DNA of 64,000 nucleotides from Pseudomonadota bacterium (GTDB lineage Bacteria > Bdellovibrionota_B > Oligoflexia > Silvanigrellales > Silvanigrellaceae): assembly GCA_039799905.1 (NCBI GenBank), contig JBDLRP010000045.1, forward strand, positions 1-64,000. The letters run 5' to 3'. The position numbers and the translations under genes were made by a program. The notes under the pieces are model-generated. The model was given only the letters and a program-made list of their open reading frames with translations, was not told where the DNA came from and made no database searches. This document shows, in pieces, positions 8,695 through 17,918 of this stretch (its first letter is position 1; each line of letters opens with the position of its first letter).

Positions 8695-10880
8695 CTCTTC
8701 TTAAAATACTTTGGAAGAGCCTGTGGAACCGCAGGGTCACAACCCTGCTGACAATCGCGTCGATTGCGCTGAGTGTGACGCTTTTGCTCGGTATCGAGCG
8801 CATCCGAATGGGGGCGCGCGAGAGCTTTTCAAACACGATCTCACAGACGGATTTGATTGTCGGCGGAAAGGGCGGAACGGTTCAGCTGCTGCTCTACACT
8901 GTGTTTCGCATGGGCAGTGCAACGGGGAATATCTCCCACGAGACCTTCGAAAAATTCAGCCGCCATGGTGCAGTGCAATGGGTCATTCCCTACTCGTTGG
9001 GCGACAGTCACCGAGGTTTCCGTGTCGTTGGCACCAACGAAAAATTTTATGAGCATTATCGTTTCCGTCAGGACAAACGGGTGACTTTTTCAGATGGTCA
9101 GGCACCGGCTGATGTTCTTGAAGTTGCACTCGGAGCAGAAGTTGCCGAGAAGCTCTCTTACAAATTAGGACAAAGTATTGCCGTCACGCATGGTGTGACA
9201 GACGGTATCGGGCTTCTCAATCACGATGACAAACCCTTCAAGATTGTCGGTATCCTCGCCAAAACAGGCACTCCCATCGACCGTTCGCTTTATGTGACAC
9301 TCGAAGGACTGGAAGCCATCCATATGGATTGGAAGGATGGCGCACCGCCGCGCAAGGGTGAGGAGATTCCCGCAGCCAGTTTGCGCAAAGAGGAAATCAA
9401 GATTGGCCAAATCACAGCATTTCTTGTGCGAACAAAGAACCGTTTTGAGACCCTGAGCCTGCAGCGCGAAATAAATACTTATCCTGATGAGCCGTTGATG
9501 GCGATTATACCTGGTGTCGCATTGAGCGAGTTGTGGTCTGTGGTTTCCTATGCCGAAGACGGACTCAGGATTGTTTCTTGGAGTGTTCTGATCGTCGGAC
9601 TGTTGGCCATGCTGATTGCGATCTACACGTCATTGCAAGAACGCCGGCGTGAGATGGCTATCCTGCGCAGTGTCGGTGCAGGGCTTGGAAAAATTGTTTT
9701 ATTGCTTGTCTCGGAAGCCGTTCTTCTCACTGTTCTCGGGATTGGTTTTGGAATTGCATTCACCTATTCGGTTCTTTTCGTTTTGCAGCCGTTGATTGAA
9801 GCCAAGTTTGGCCTGCTGATTCCGGTGCGTGCGCTCAGCCAGCTCGAGTGGGTGTTTTTGCTCGCCGTGCTTGTCTCTGGGTTTTTTATTGGCTTGGTTC
9901 CGGCGCTGCGGGCCTACCGCAATTCACTCGCAGACGGACTCGCCGTTCGCTTTGCAATCCCGTTTTTGATTTTGCTTCTTCCTGACGTGTCACAGGCCGC
10001 AGATAAGAGACCGCAGGTCGCGGCGAGTGTCGCTTGGCTGCGTGAACTTGCCCGCGAGGTGACCTGCGACGGTCAGGGGATCGAGTTGCTTCCCGCACTT
10101 GCCGCTGCCGGCAGTGATCCTCACAGCTATCAGTTGACTCCGCGCGGTCGGATGCAGTGGTCAAAGGCTGACCTGCGTTTGGTTATCGGAGAAGGTTTTG
10201 AATCGTGGAACGAGAAATCTGCAGGTCCTGCGCAGAAATTATTCACGGCGACAAAAGGACTCAACCTGCGCAAAGTAGACGAGTCTGGTGAAGCTCCAGC
10301 ACTCGAGGCAGAGGCACACGGCCATGCTCACGAACATGCGAAGGGGGTCAGCAGGTTTGACCCGCACATCTGGCACTCGCCCCGCCTCACGCGTGAGGTT
10401 GCGCTCAATTTATACAATTTTCTTGTGCAAAAAGTCCCTGCAAAGCGCATGGAGTGGGATGCCTGCATGCGGCAATTTGTTCAAAAAACCAAAGCAGCAG
10501 AGAGCGAAATCCATAAAAAAATTTCGACCATCCCCTCTTCGCGGCGGGTGCTGGCGACCAACCACGACTCACTCGGATATTTTGCCGATGCATTCGGGCT
10601 GAAGGTCATCACGATTGCCGGGGTGTCCACCGAAGCTGTCGTGACCCCCGGACGGTTCAGGCGTGCCATTGAGTCAATCAAGAAAGAAGGAGTGCGGACG
10701 ATTTTTGTAGAGTCGTCCTCGTCTCCCGAAACGGTTCAGAAAGTTGCTGCCGAACTAGGCATTAAGGTGGGTGGTGAACTCCATACGGATGGGTTATCAG
10801 CTCCGGACAAGCCTGCTGGTACTATCTTGGGCTTGTGGCAAACCAACGCGGAAACCATTGTTTCCGGACTAAAACCCTGA
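8691..10880 (+). CDS. Fusion: MacB/FtsX-type ABC permease (ZrgC/PA4065-like, aa ~1-421) + internal signal-like linker + ZnuA/TroA-type metal-binding protein
   Basis: N-terminal SLWNRR.T.LLT..SIALSV.LLLG.ER...SF..TIS.TDLIVG and ERRREMAILRSVGA, ending YRNSLADGL.VR. Then FAIPFLILLLPDVSQA-A. Then DPHSY, a His-rich loop, DPHIW, NHDSLGYF and LHTDGL. Confidence 0.88.
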   Translation: MTLLKILWKSLWNRRVTTLLTIASIALSVTLLLGIERIRMGARESFSNTISQTDLIVGGKGGTVQLLLYTVFRMGSATGNISHETFEKFSRHGAVQWVIPYSLGDSHRGFRVVGTNEKFYEHYRFRQDKRVTFSDGQAPADVLEVALGAEVAEKLSYKLGQSIAVTHGVTDGIGLLNHDDKPFKIVGILAKTGTPIDRSLYVTLEGLEAIHMDWKDGAPPRKGEEIPAASLRKEEIKIGQITAFLVRTKNRFETLSLQREINTYPDEPLMAIIPGVALSELWSVVSYAEDGLRIVSWSVLIVGLLAMLIAIYTSLQERRREMAILRSVGAGLGKIVLLLVSEAVLLTVLGIGFGIAFTYSVLFVLQPLIEAKFGLLIPVRALSQLEWVFLLAVLVSGFFIGLVPALRAYRNSLADGLAVRFAIPFLILLLPDVSQAADKRPQVAASVAWLRELAREVTCDGQGIELLPALAAAGSDPHSYQLTPRGRMQWSKADLRLVIGEGFESWNEKSAGPAQKLFTATKGLNLRKVDESGEAPALEAEAHGHAHEHAKGVSRFDPHIWHSPRLTREVALNLYNFLVQKVPAKRMEWDACMRQFVQKTKAAESEIHKKISTIPSSRRVLATNHDSLGYFADAFGLKVITIAGVSTEAVVTPGRFRRAIESIKKEGVRTIFVESSSSPETVQKVAAELGIKVGGELHTDGLSAPDKPAGTILGLWQTNAETIVSGLKP

Positions 10881-10896
10881 GCGGATGTTGTACTGA

Positions 10897-11589
10897 ATGA
10901 GTTTAAGCTGGGAAAATCTGGTTGTTGGCTACGCGGGGCGGGAGGCGCTCAACCGGCCGTTTTCCGGCACACTCGAAGACGGCGGCATCTATGCCATTGT
11001 AGGGCCCAATGGATGCGGCAAATCGACTCTGCTAAAGACGTGGCTTGGCCTTATGCAACCACACTCGGGGATGGTCAGTCTCAATGGACAGCCGGTTGGT
11101 CCGCGCGAGGGCGTCCTCACCTACGTCCCGCAAACTCACAAGGTCAACCGCTACTTTCAGATCAGCATTTTTGATTTTGTCATGCAAGGGTTCGGCCGAC
11201 GGCCGCCTGAGCGAAGCGATGCTCTGCAGCAAGTGCGCGAGGCTCTGGTGCAGTGGGAGCTCAGCGCCGATGCCGATCAGTCGTTCCACTTGCTGAGCGG
11301 CGGGCAAAAAACACGCGCTTTAGTCGCGCGCGCTATACTCTCCAAGCCGAAGATGATCTTTCTCGATGAGCCTCTCGCCAATCTTGACCAATGCTGTCAG
11401 GAAAAACTCATGAACACTCTGCACGTTCTGGCTCACCGGCAGAACATCTGTGTGGTGATGGTGGACCATCATTTTGAGGCGTACGAGAAATTTCTTTCTG
11501 CCAAATTTGTCTTCGAGCGCTCGCACAACGAGGAGATCTGCTCGATTCGCTACGAACCCAAGGACGACACATGCTGCAGGACTCCCTGA
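10897..11589 (+). CDS. znuC: Metal ABC transporter ATP-binding protein (ZnuC-like)
   Basis: GPNGCGKST, TYVPQ, LSGGQ, FLDEP, VDHH; lies between the ZnuA-like domain and a ZnuB-like permease. Confidence 0.8.
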   Translation: MSLSWENLVVGYAGREALNRPFSGTLEDGGIYAIVGPNGCGKSTLLKTWLGLMQPHSGMVSLNGQPVGPREGVLTYVPQTHKVNRYFQISIFDFVMQGFGRRPPERSDALQQVREALVQWELSADADQSFHLLSGGQKTRALVARAILSKPKMIFLDEPLANLDQCCQEKLMNTLHVLAHRQNICVVMVDHHFEAYEKFLSAKFVFERSHNEEICSIRYEPKDDTCCRTP

Positions 11590-12452
11590 TCGATTTGACC
11601 ACTCTGGCGGCATTCTGGGATGCGGACTTCGCACGGATGGCATTGCTGTGCACGCTTTTGGTTGGTCTGATGTGCGGTTTGTTGAGTCCGACGATCGTCC
11701 TCAAGCAGCGGGCCTATACCGGCGATACGCTGGCACATTTGGTCTTTCCAGGAATTGTCGCAGGGTACTTCATGTCACTGGGTTTCGAGCTTCCGCTCTG
11801 GGCGTCGCTGATCATCGGTGCCTCTGTGACCGGCTTGCTGGGCAGTGTGCTGGTGGAAAAGCTCGAGAGAATTTTGTCGCTTCCTCCAGATTCAGCCGCG
11901 GTTGTGACTCTGACGGGATTCTTTGCCAGCGGGGTGGTTGCGGTCTCAAAGGTGCGCGGGACGCGCATTGATCTGGAACGATTTTTATTCGGTGATGTGC
12001 TCACTTTATCAGTTTCTGAAGCCGTCTTGATAGCTGTTGCGCTTGGCTGCGTGGCGCTGACTCTGGGGCTTCTGCGAAGGGATTGGGACGCTTGGCTTTC
12101 GGATGGTGAGTTCGCGCTGCTCGTGGGTTTCCGCGTTCGGCTGATTGAACGGCTGTTTCCGATACTGGTCACTGCGGCGGTGCTGACAGGTTTGTTTGCA
12201 GTTGGTGGATTGATGATGTCGGCCCTGATGGCACTCCCTGCTGTGATATTGCCTCCAAAGTCGGCACTTTCATGGAGAACCGTCGTGCTGAGCGTCTCTT
12301 TAGCCCTTCTTGGACTGATCTTTGCCTTTGCGCTCGATTGGCCCGTCGGCAGCACGATCGTCTTGCTCGGCTTCATCCTTGTTTTGATAAAAGCCATCGT
12401 GGTAAGCCTTCGCCATCGTGCGGTTGTGCAAAAGATTCAAAGAGTTTCCTAG
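11571..12452 (+). CDS. znuB: Metal ABC transporter permease (ZnuB / ABC-3 family)
   Basis: GDTLAHLVFPG, DLERFLFGDVL, DWPVGSTIV; multiple transmembrane segments. Confidence 0.85.
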   Translation: MLQDSLIDLTTLAAFWDADFARMALLCTLLVGLMCGLLSPTIVLKQRAYTGDTLAHLVFPGIVAGYFMSLGFELPLWASLIIGASVTGLLGSVLVEKLERILSLPPDSAAVVTLTGFFASGVVAVSKVRGTRIDLERFLFGDVLTLSVSEAVLIAVALGCVALTLGLLRRDWDAWLSDGEFALLVGFRVRLIERLFPILVTAAVLTGLFAVGGLMMSALMALPAVILPPKSALSWRTVVLSVSLALLGLIFAFALDWPVGSTIVLLGFILVLIKAIVVSLRHRAVVQKIQRVS

Positions 12453-12466
12453 CGGGAGTGCTTCCC

Positions 12467-13954
12467 ATGTCTGATTCTGTATTCGAGATCAAAAGAAATA
12501 AATTTTTGGAGCAACGTGAGCGTGGCAACTTGGCCGACAGCTACGCCAAGACTCACACCGTTGAACAGGCGCTCGCCGTTCCTGAGGGCACCCGCGATGT
12601 CGCTGTTGCAGGGCGAGTGGTCGGACTGCGCACGATGGGGAAAATCCTGTTCGCACACATCTTCGACCTCAGCGGCCGCATGCAAATCTGTGTGCGCAAA
12701 ACTGAGGAATCGCCAGAGATGTTCGACTCCTTTGTGGCTGATGTGGCGGTTGGCGATTTCGTCGGAGTCACCGGCGAAATCTTCCGTACGAAAACCAATG
12801 AAATTACCGTGCGTGTTGAGCAATATCAGCTGCTCAACAAATGCCTGCGCACGCTGCCAGAAAAATATCATGGCGTCGAGGACATCGAGACCCGCTACCG
12901 TCAGCGCTATCTCGACATCATCATGAACACTGAATCGCGCGAAGTGTTTCGCAAGCGTGTCGAGATTGTCCGTTCATTGCGTCGATCGCTGGAAGACGCG
13001 GGATTTCTTGAAGTCGACACTCCGGTTCTGCAGACGCAGCCATCAGGCGCGCTTGCACGACCATTTCATACTCATCACAACGCACTCGACATCGCCTGCA
13101 CACTGCGTATCGCGCCAGAAACCTACTTGAAGCGCTGCATCGGAGCGGGATTCGACAAAGTTTATGAATTTGCGCGCTGTTTTCGCAACGAAGGAATTTC
13201 TGCGACACACCTGCAGGATTTCAGCATGCTGGAGTTCTACGCTGCGTATTGGAATGCTGATGTCATGCGCAACTTTGTTGCCGACATGATTCACAACCTC
13301 ATCAACCGGGTTTTCGGCACCGCGCAGGTCAAATTGCATGGCCATGACGTCGATTTCGCCGGACAGTGGCCGGTGTACGACTACAGCGATCTCGTGCTGC
13401 AGGACTGCGGCATCGACATCCGCGTCGAGTCCAGCAAGGAAAAACTGCTGGCCGCACTCAAGAAAAAGAACATTCACCTTGATGACCTTGATTCCATGAA
13501 CTGGGCCAATACGGTCGATGCATTGTATAAAAAAGTGACCCGACCCAAGTTGATTCAGCCGTGCTTCATTGAGCGGTATCCGGCCGACATGGCACCGCTT
13601 GCGCGGCGCAACGCCAAAGACCCGCGCTATGTGGATATGTGGCAGTTTGTTGTTGCAGGCGTAGAAATCGTCAAAGCTTATTCCGAGTTGGTTGATCCGC
13701 TCGATCAGCGTGAGCGGTTCGAAGAGCAAATGCGCGCGCGTGCTGCTGGCGATGAAGAGACCATGCCGATGGATGAAGATTACCTGACTGCCATGGAACA
13801 CGGGTTTCCGCCGATTGCCGGTGTGGGCATTGGCATCGACCGGCTCACCATGGTGTTGTGCGGATGTGACAACATCAAGGACACAGTGCTGTTCCCGTTG
13901 ATGCGGCCGGCACCTGCCGCAACCGCTTCCCAGGCAGAAGCAGAGCAAAAATAA
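12467..13954 (+). CDS. lysS: Lysine--tRNA ligase (class II)
   Basis: RYRQRYLD, LRIAPETYLKR, FRNEGIS..H..DF.MLEFY, AYSEL.DP..QRERF, GIGIDRL. Start moved to ATG 12467. Confidence 0.97.
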   Translation: MSDSVFEIKRNKFLEQRERGNLADSYAKTHTVEQALAVPEGTRDVAVAGRVVGLRTMGKILFAHIFDLSGRMQICVRKTEESPEMFDSFVADVAVGDFVGVTGEIFRTKTNEITVRVEQYQLLNKCLRTLPEKYHGVEDIETRYRQRYLDIIMNTESREVFRKRVEIVRSLRRSLEDAGFLEVDTPVLQTQPSGALARPFHTHHNALDIACTLRIAPETYLKRCIGAGFDKVYEFARCFRNEGISATHLQDFSMLEFYAAYWNADVMRNFVADMIHNLINRVFGTAQVKLHGHDVDFAGQWPVYDYSDLVLQDCGIDIRVESSKEKLLAALKKKNIHLDDLDSMNWANTVDALYKKVTRPKLIQPCFIERYPADMAPLARRNAKDPRYVDMWQFVVAGVEIVKAYSELVDPLDQRERFEEQMRARAAGDEETMPMDEDYLTAMEHGFPPIAGVGIGIDRLTMVLCGCDNIKDTVLFPLMRPAPAATASQAEAEQK

Positions 13955-13985
13955 TTCATCCGGAAGGCAGGGAGGCCTGTTCCTC

Positions 13986-16916
13986 ATGAGTGATTCACAG
14001 CACCCCGGAACCGAGCGGCCGCGTCTCTTTGTTTTCGATGGAATGGCGCTTTTATTCCGCTCTTTTTATGCGATGGGCCGGGCCGGACTCACGTCGCCCG
14101 ATGGAATGCCGACCGGCGCAATTTATGGCTTTCTCAAAATTCTGCAGAAGGTCGTCAAAGAGCAAAATCCGACACATGTCGCCGTAACCTGGGACCGTAA
14201 AGAAAAAACCTTCCGGCATGAATCTTTCGCTGAATACAAGGCAAACCGATCTGAAACTCCGCCCGAATTGCTGACGCAGATTCCGGTCATCAAAGAGCTG
14301 ATTGAACGCTCGGGAATTCCGACGTTCTCGCTCGCCGGTTACGAAGGCGATGACGTGATTGGCACCATTGCCAGACGTTTCGAGCAAAACGGTGACGTGT
14401 TTATTGTCTCGGCCGACAAGGATTTCATGCAGCTGGTCAACGACCACATCAAGCTCTTTTCACTCAAGGCCGGTGACGATTACGAAGTTCTCGGCCGCGG
14501 TCACGTTTTTGACTACTTTGGTGTTCCGCCTGAACAGGTCTGCGAAGTTCTGGCAATTACCGGCGACAAGGTCGACAACATTCCGGGTGTCAAAGGCATC
14601 GGTGACAAAGGTGCGGCCAAGCTGATTCAGGAGTTTGGTTCTGTTGAAAATATCTATGCCAACCTCGACAAAATCAGCAATCCGCGGCTGCGAGGACTGC
14701 TTGAAACGAGCCGCGACAATGCTTTGCTCTCGCGCCGTCTTGTTGAAATTCACACGTCTGTTCCTCTCGATGTCGATGAATCTCTGATGCGCTATTCTTG
14801 GGAACAACTCTCCCACAATCAGCAGCTGCGGCACGAGATTGAAGCGCTCGGAATGAATTCGCTGCTCAAGGGGTTTGCTGCGGCCGCAACGGGGCCTGTT
14901 GCAAAAAAGGTAAGTAAATCTGCGACGCGAAAGTCCGCTGCCGAACCTGCTGATGGGTTGTTCGCACAGCCGTCGGATGCGATAGCGGGTGAATTGTTTC
15001 CCTCGGCTGACGATAAGCCTGCAGCAGCAACACAAGCCGCCGACGCTGACTGGAACCGGCGCGATTATGTTTGCATCTTGACCAGAAGCGAACTCAACGA
15101 CCTGGTTGAAAAAATTGCGTCAGCAGACACTTCTTGTATTGCATTCGACACAGAAACCACCGGACTCGACTTCATCGAGCACAAGCCGATTGGCTGCAGT
15201 TTCTGCTTTGCCGAAGGAGTTGCCTATTACGTTCCGCTCGCCGAAGTGCATCTTGAGGGAGGAGATTTGTGCGCGGGCCTGCCGCGTGCGGAGTTCTCGG
15301 CCCGCCACGCAATCGATCAGATTTCCGATGCGCTGAAAAAACGCTCGGCAACGCTGGTTGCGCACAATCTCAAATTTGATTTGCACCAGATGAAGAACCT
15401 GGGTGTCGACTTGGGTGACGCTCCGATTGCCGACACCATGATAGCCGCTTGGATGCTCAACCCCTCGGGTGGCGGCTACGGACTCGATGCACAGACGTTG
15501 AAGGTTCTTGGTCTCAAAAAGATTCCAACAACGGCACTGATTGGCAAAGAAGCCGGACGACAGTCAATGACTCAAGTGCCGCTCACGCAGCTCAGTGAAT
15601 ACGCCTGCGAAGATGTCGATGCCACCCTGCGCCTGTGGAATGTGTTGAGCAAAAAACTCGCGGAACAAGACAAACTTTTGCAGCTGTTCCGTGAAATGGA
15701 AATGCCGCTCTTGCGTGTTCTGGCAAAAATGGAACGGACCGGGGTGCATATCGATTCAGATTATCTCGCAGATCTTGCCGGCGATGTGCAGCAGAAAATT
15801 AGCGAAATTGAGCGTCAGATTCATGCACTCGCCGGACAGGAATTCAACATCGGCAGTCCCAAGCAGCTCGGCGGCATCCTTTTTGACGTCTTGAAAGTCC
15901 ATGAGGCGCTTGGATTCAAGGGAAAACTCGCCAAGACCACCTTGGGCTATAAAACTGATGCCGCGGTGCTCGAGCAGTTTCAGGCGCATCCGGTTGTGGC
16001 TCTCGTTCAGGAATATCGTGAGCTTTCCAAACTCTTAAGCACCTATATCCTGGTGTTGCCGCAATTGGTGAAATCTTCCACGGGCAGAATCCACACCAGT
16101 TTTCATCAAATCGGCACCGCAACAGGCCGTCTATCGAGCAGCGATCCCAACTTGCAGAATATTCCTGTCCGCACGGAACTTGGTAAAAAGGTACGGCAGG
16201 CCTTTTGCTCCTCCGATCCTTCGAAAGTCATCGTATCGATCGACTATTCGCAGGTGGAATTGCGCGTGATGGCGCATTTGGCTCACGATGAGGCGATGAT
16301 TGCCGCATTCAAATCCGGAGCAGATATTCACAGGCAAACCGCGGCAAAAATTCTCGGTAAAAATCCGGAGCAGGTGACGGCCGAAGAGCGCGGCAACGCA
16401 AAGACTATCAACTTCGGGATTATCTATGGGATGGGTGCGCAGAGGCTTTCGCGTGAGCAAAAAATCCCGCTCTCTGAAGCCAAGTCGTTTATCGAACGTT
16501 ACTTCCTGAACTTTGCAGGGGTGTACCGCTACCTTGAGTCGCAGCGGCAAAAGGCGCGCGACATGGGAGTCGTTCATACCTTTTTCGGACGGCCGAGGCC
16601 GGTGGACTTGTCGCGGGCGTTTAACCCGGGAGAGGTCAAAGCCCTCGAAAACATCGCCATCAACTCGCCGATTCAAGGCACCGCTGCCGATATCATGAAG
16701 TTCGGTATGCTGCGCGTGGCAGCGGCACTCGCACAAAGCGACCTCAAGGCCGAGATGCTTTTGCAGGTGCACGACGAACTGGTGTTGGAATGTCCACGCG
16801 AAGAGGTGGACGCAACTGCTGCACTGTTGAAGAATGCCTTGGAAGGCGCAGTGGAGTTTTCGATTCCGCTGGTTGCCGAGGTCGGCTTTGGCCGGACGTG
16901 GTTGGAGGCAAAATAA
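13986..16916 (+). CDS. polA: DNA polymerase I
   Basis: 5'-3' exonuclease (EYKANR, EGDDVIG, GDKVDNIPGV.GIG), 3'-5' exonuclease FDTET, polymerase motifs TGRLSSSDPNLQNIP, DYSQVELR, KTINFGIIYG, QVHDEL. Confidence 0.98.
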   Translation: MSDSQHPGTERPRLFVFDGMALLFRSFYAMGRAGLTSPDGMPTGAIYGFLKILQKVVKEQNPTHVAVTWDRKEKTFRHESFAEYKANRSETPPELLTQIPVIKELIERSGIPTFSLAGYEGDDVIGTIARRFEQNGDVFIVSADKDFMQLVNDHIKLFSLKAGDDYEVLGRGHVFDYFGVPPEQVCEVLAITGDKVDNIPGVKGIGDKGAAKLIQEFGSVENIYANLDKISNPRLRGLLETSRDNALLSRRLVEIHTSVPLDVDESLMRYSWEQLSHNQQLRHEIEALGMNSLLKGFAAAATGPVAKKVSKSATRKSAAEPADGLFAQPSDAIAGELFPSADDKPAAATQAADADWNRRDYVCILTRSELNDLVEKIASADTSCIAFDTETTGLDFIEHKPIGCSFCFAEGVAYYVPLAEVHLEGGDLCAGLPRAEFSARHAIDQISDALKKRSATLVAHNLKFDLHQMKNLGVDLGDAPIADTMIAAWMLNPSGGGYGLDAQTLKVLGLKKIPTTALIGKEAGRQSMTQVPLTQLSEYACEDVDATLRLWNVLSKKLAEQDKLLQLFREMEMPLLRVLAKMERTGVHIDSDYLADLAGDVQQKISEIERQIHALAGQEFNIGSPKQLGGILFDVLKVHEALGFKGKLAKTTLGYKTDAAVLEQFQAHPVVALVQEYRELSKLLSTYILVLPQLVKSSTGRIHTSFHQIGTATGRLSSSDPNLQNIPVRTELGKKVRQAFCSSDPSKVIVSIDYSQVELRVMAHLAHDEAMIAAFKSGADIHRQTAAKILGKNPEQVTAEERGNAKTINFGIIYGMGAQRLSREQKIPLSEAKSFIERYFLNFAGVYRYLESQRQKARDMGVVHTFFGRPRPVDLSRAFNPGEVKALENIAINSPIQGTAADIMKFGMLRVAAALAQSDLKAEMLLQVHDELVLECPREEVDATAALLKNALEGAVEFSIPLVAEVGFGRTWLEAK

Positions 16917-16919
16917 AGC

Positions 16920-17918
16920 ATGGCTCTGTTTGGCAAGCTCTCAAGCCTGTTCAGTAAAGGTATGGAACGCAAGCTCGAGAGGCAGCGGACAATACAACAA
17001 GAGAAAACCAAAGCTGACGGCGAACAGCTTCTGCCGGGTGCGGAGATGAGTCTTGTTGGCCACGTCTCGGAATTGCGCAAGCATGTGGTGCGTTCGCTGT
17101 ACTGGTATGTCGGGCTTGTCTGCATCGGTTTTGTTTTTATGAAGCCTTTGATGCGCTTTTTGCAGTTGCCCTACACCTGCTACGGATACCTCGTTTCGGA
17201 GGCCAACAGGGCGGGTGAGAGTCTGCAGGTTGCCTTCGAGAAGTTCAGTAACTTCATGGTTTGGCCGCGTGAATGTCTGTCGGTGACGGCTGCCAGCGAA
17301 TCGGCTGCAAAAATGCTCAAGACCATTGGTCTCATCGAAGTCATGTGGGTCAATTTCAAAATGGTGATGATTGCCGCTGCGGTCGTCGGAGCACCGATGA
17401 TCTTGCGGGAGATCTGGTTGTTTATTGCCCCCGCGCTGTATGACCGTGAGCGTAAAATCGCCTCGGCGTTGATTGTTGCGAGTCTTGCCCTGTTTTATAC
17501 TGGCCTCTTTTTTGGTTTCTTTCTGATCGTTCCCGCATTTCTTTCGCAAACCCTGCAGTGGGCCGCCGAATACGCTTCGGTGGAGATGACCTACGAGAAT
17601 TATTTCGGTTCGCTGACGACGCTGGTGATGATGTTCGGGGTGATCTTTGAGGTGCCGGTGGTGTTTTCGCTGCTCGGACTAGTGGGAATCGTCAAACCCG
17701 AGCACATTACCAAAAACCGCAAAATCATCCTGCTGCTTTCGTTTATTGTTGGCGCACTCATCAGTCCGCCCGACGTCTTTAGTCAGACCTTGGTTTCGGT
17801 TCCGCTCTATTTGATGTGCGAGGTTTCGGTGTTTGCGCTGAGGCTTATCCAGCGCAACCGAATGGCCGCTGCGCAGGAAGAGGCTGGCGGTCCGCCTACA
17901 GCAGCGGGCAATCCGTAA
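16920..17918 (+). CDS. tatC: Twin-arginine translocase subunit TatC
   Basis: MSLVGHVSELRK, W.FIAPALY..ER, FGVIFEVP, ISPPDVFSQ...PLY..E. Confidence 0.93.
   Translation: MALFGKLSSLFSKGMERKLERQRTIQQEKTKADGEQLLPGAEMSLVGHVSELRKHVVRSLYWYVGLVCIGFVFMKPLMRFLQLPYTCYGYLVSEANRAGESLQVAFEKFSNFMVWPRECLSVTAASESAAKMLKTIGLIEVMWVNFKMVMIAAAVVGAPMILREIWLFIAPALYDRERKIASALIVASLALFYTGLFFGFFLIVPAFLSQTLQWAAEYASVEMTYENYFGSLTTLVMMFGVIFEVPVVFSLLGLVGIVKPEHITKNRKIILLLSFIVGALISPPDVFSQTLVSVPLYLMCEVSVFALRLIQRNRMAAAQEEAGGPPTAAGNP

Noticed and set aside
12272..12466. N-terminal extensions of ORF calls (lysS; also rsmB 39399, bcp 45552, LamB-like 25994, rsmA 63348, 52344)
   Set aside because: Better-supported downstream starts coincide with the family N-terminus and/or an RBS; the extensions overlap neighbours or promoter regions.
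13043..13987. 314-aa antisense ORF (similarly 11714-12397 and 16131-16772)
   Set aside because: Shadow ORFs opposite lysS, znuB and polA with no recognisable motifs.
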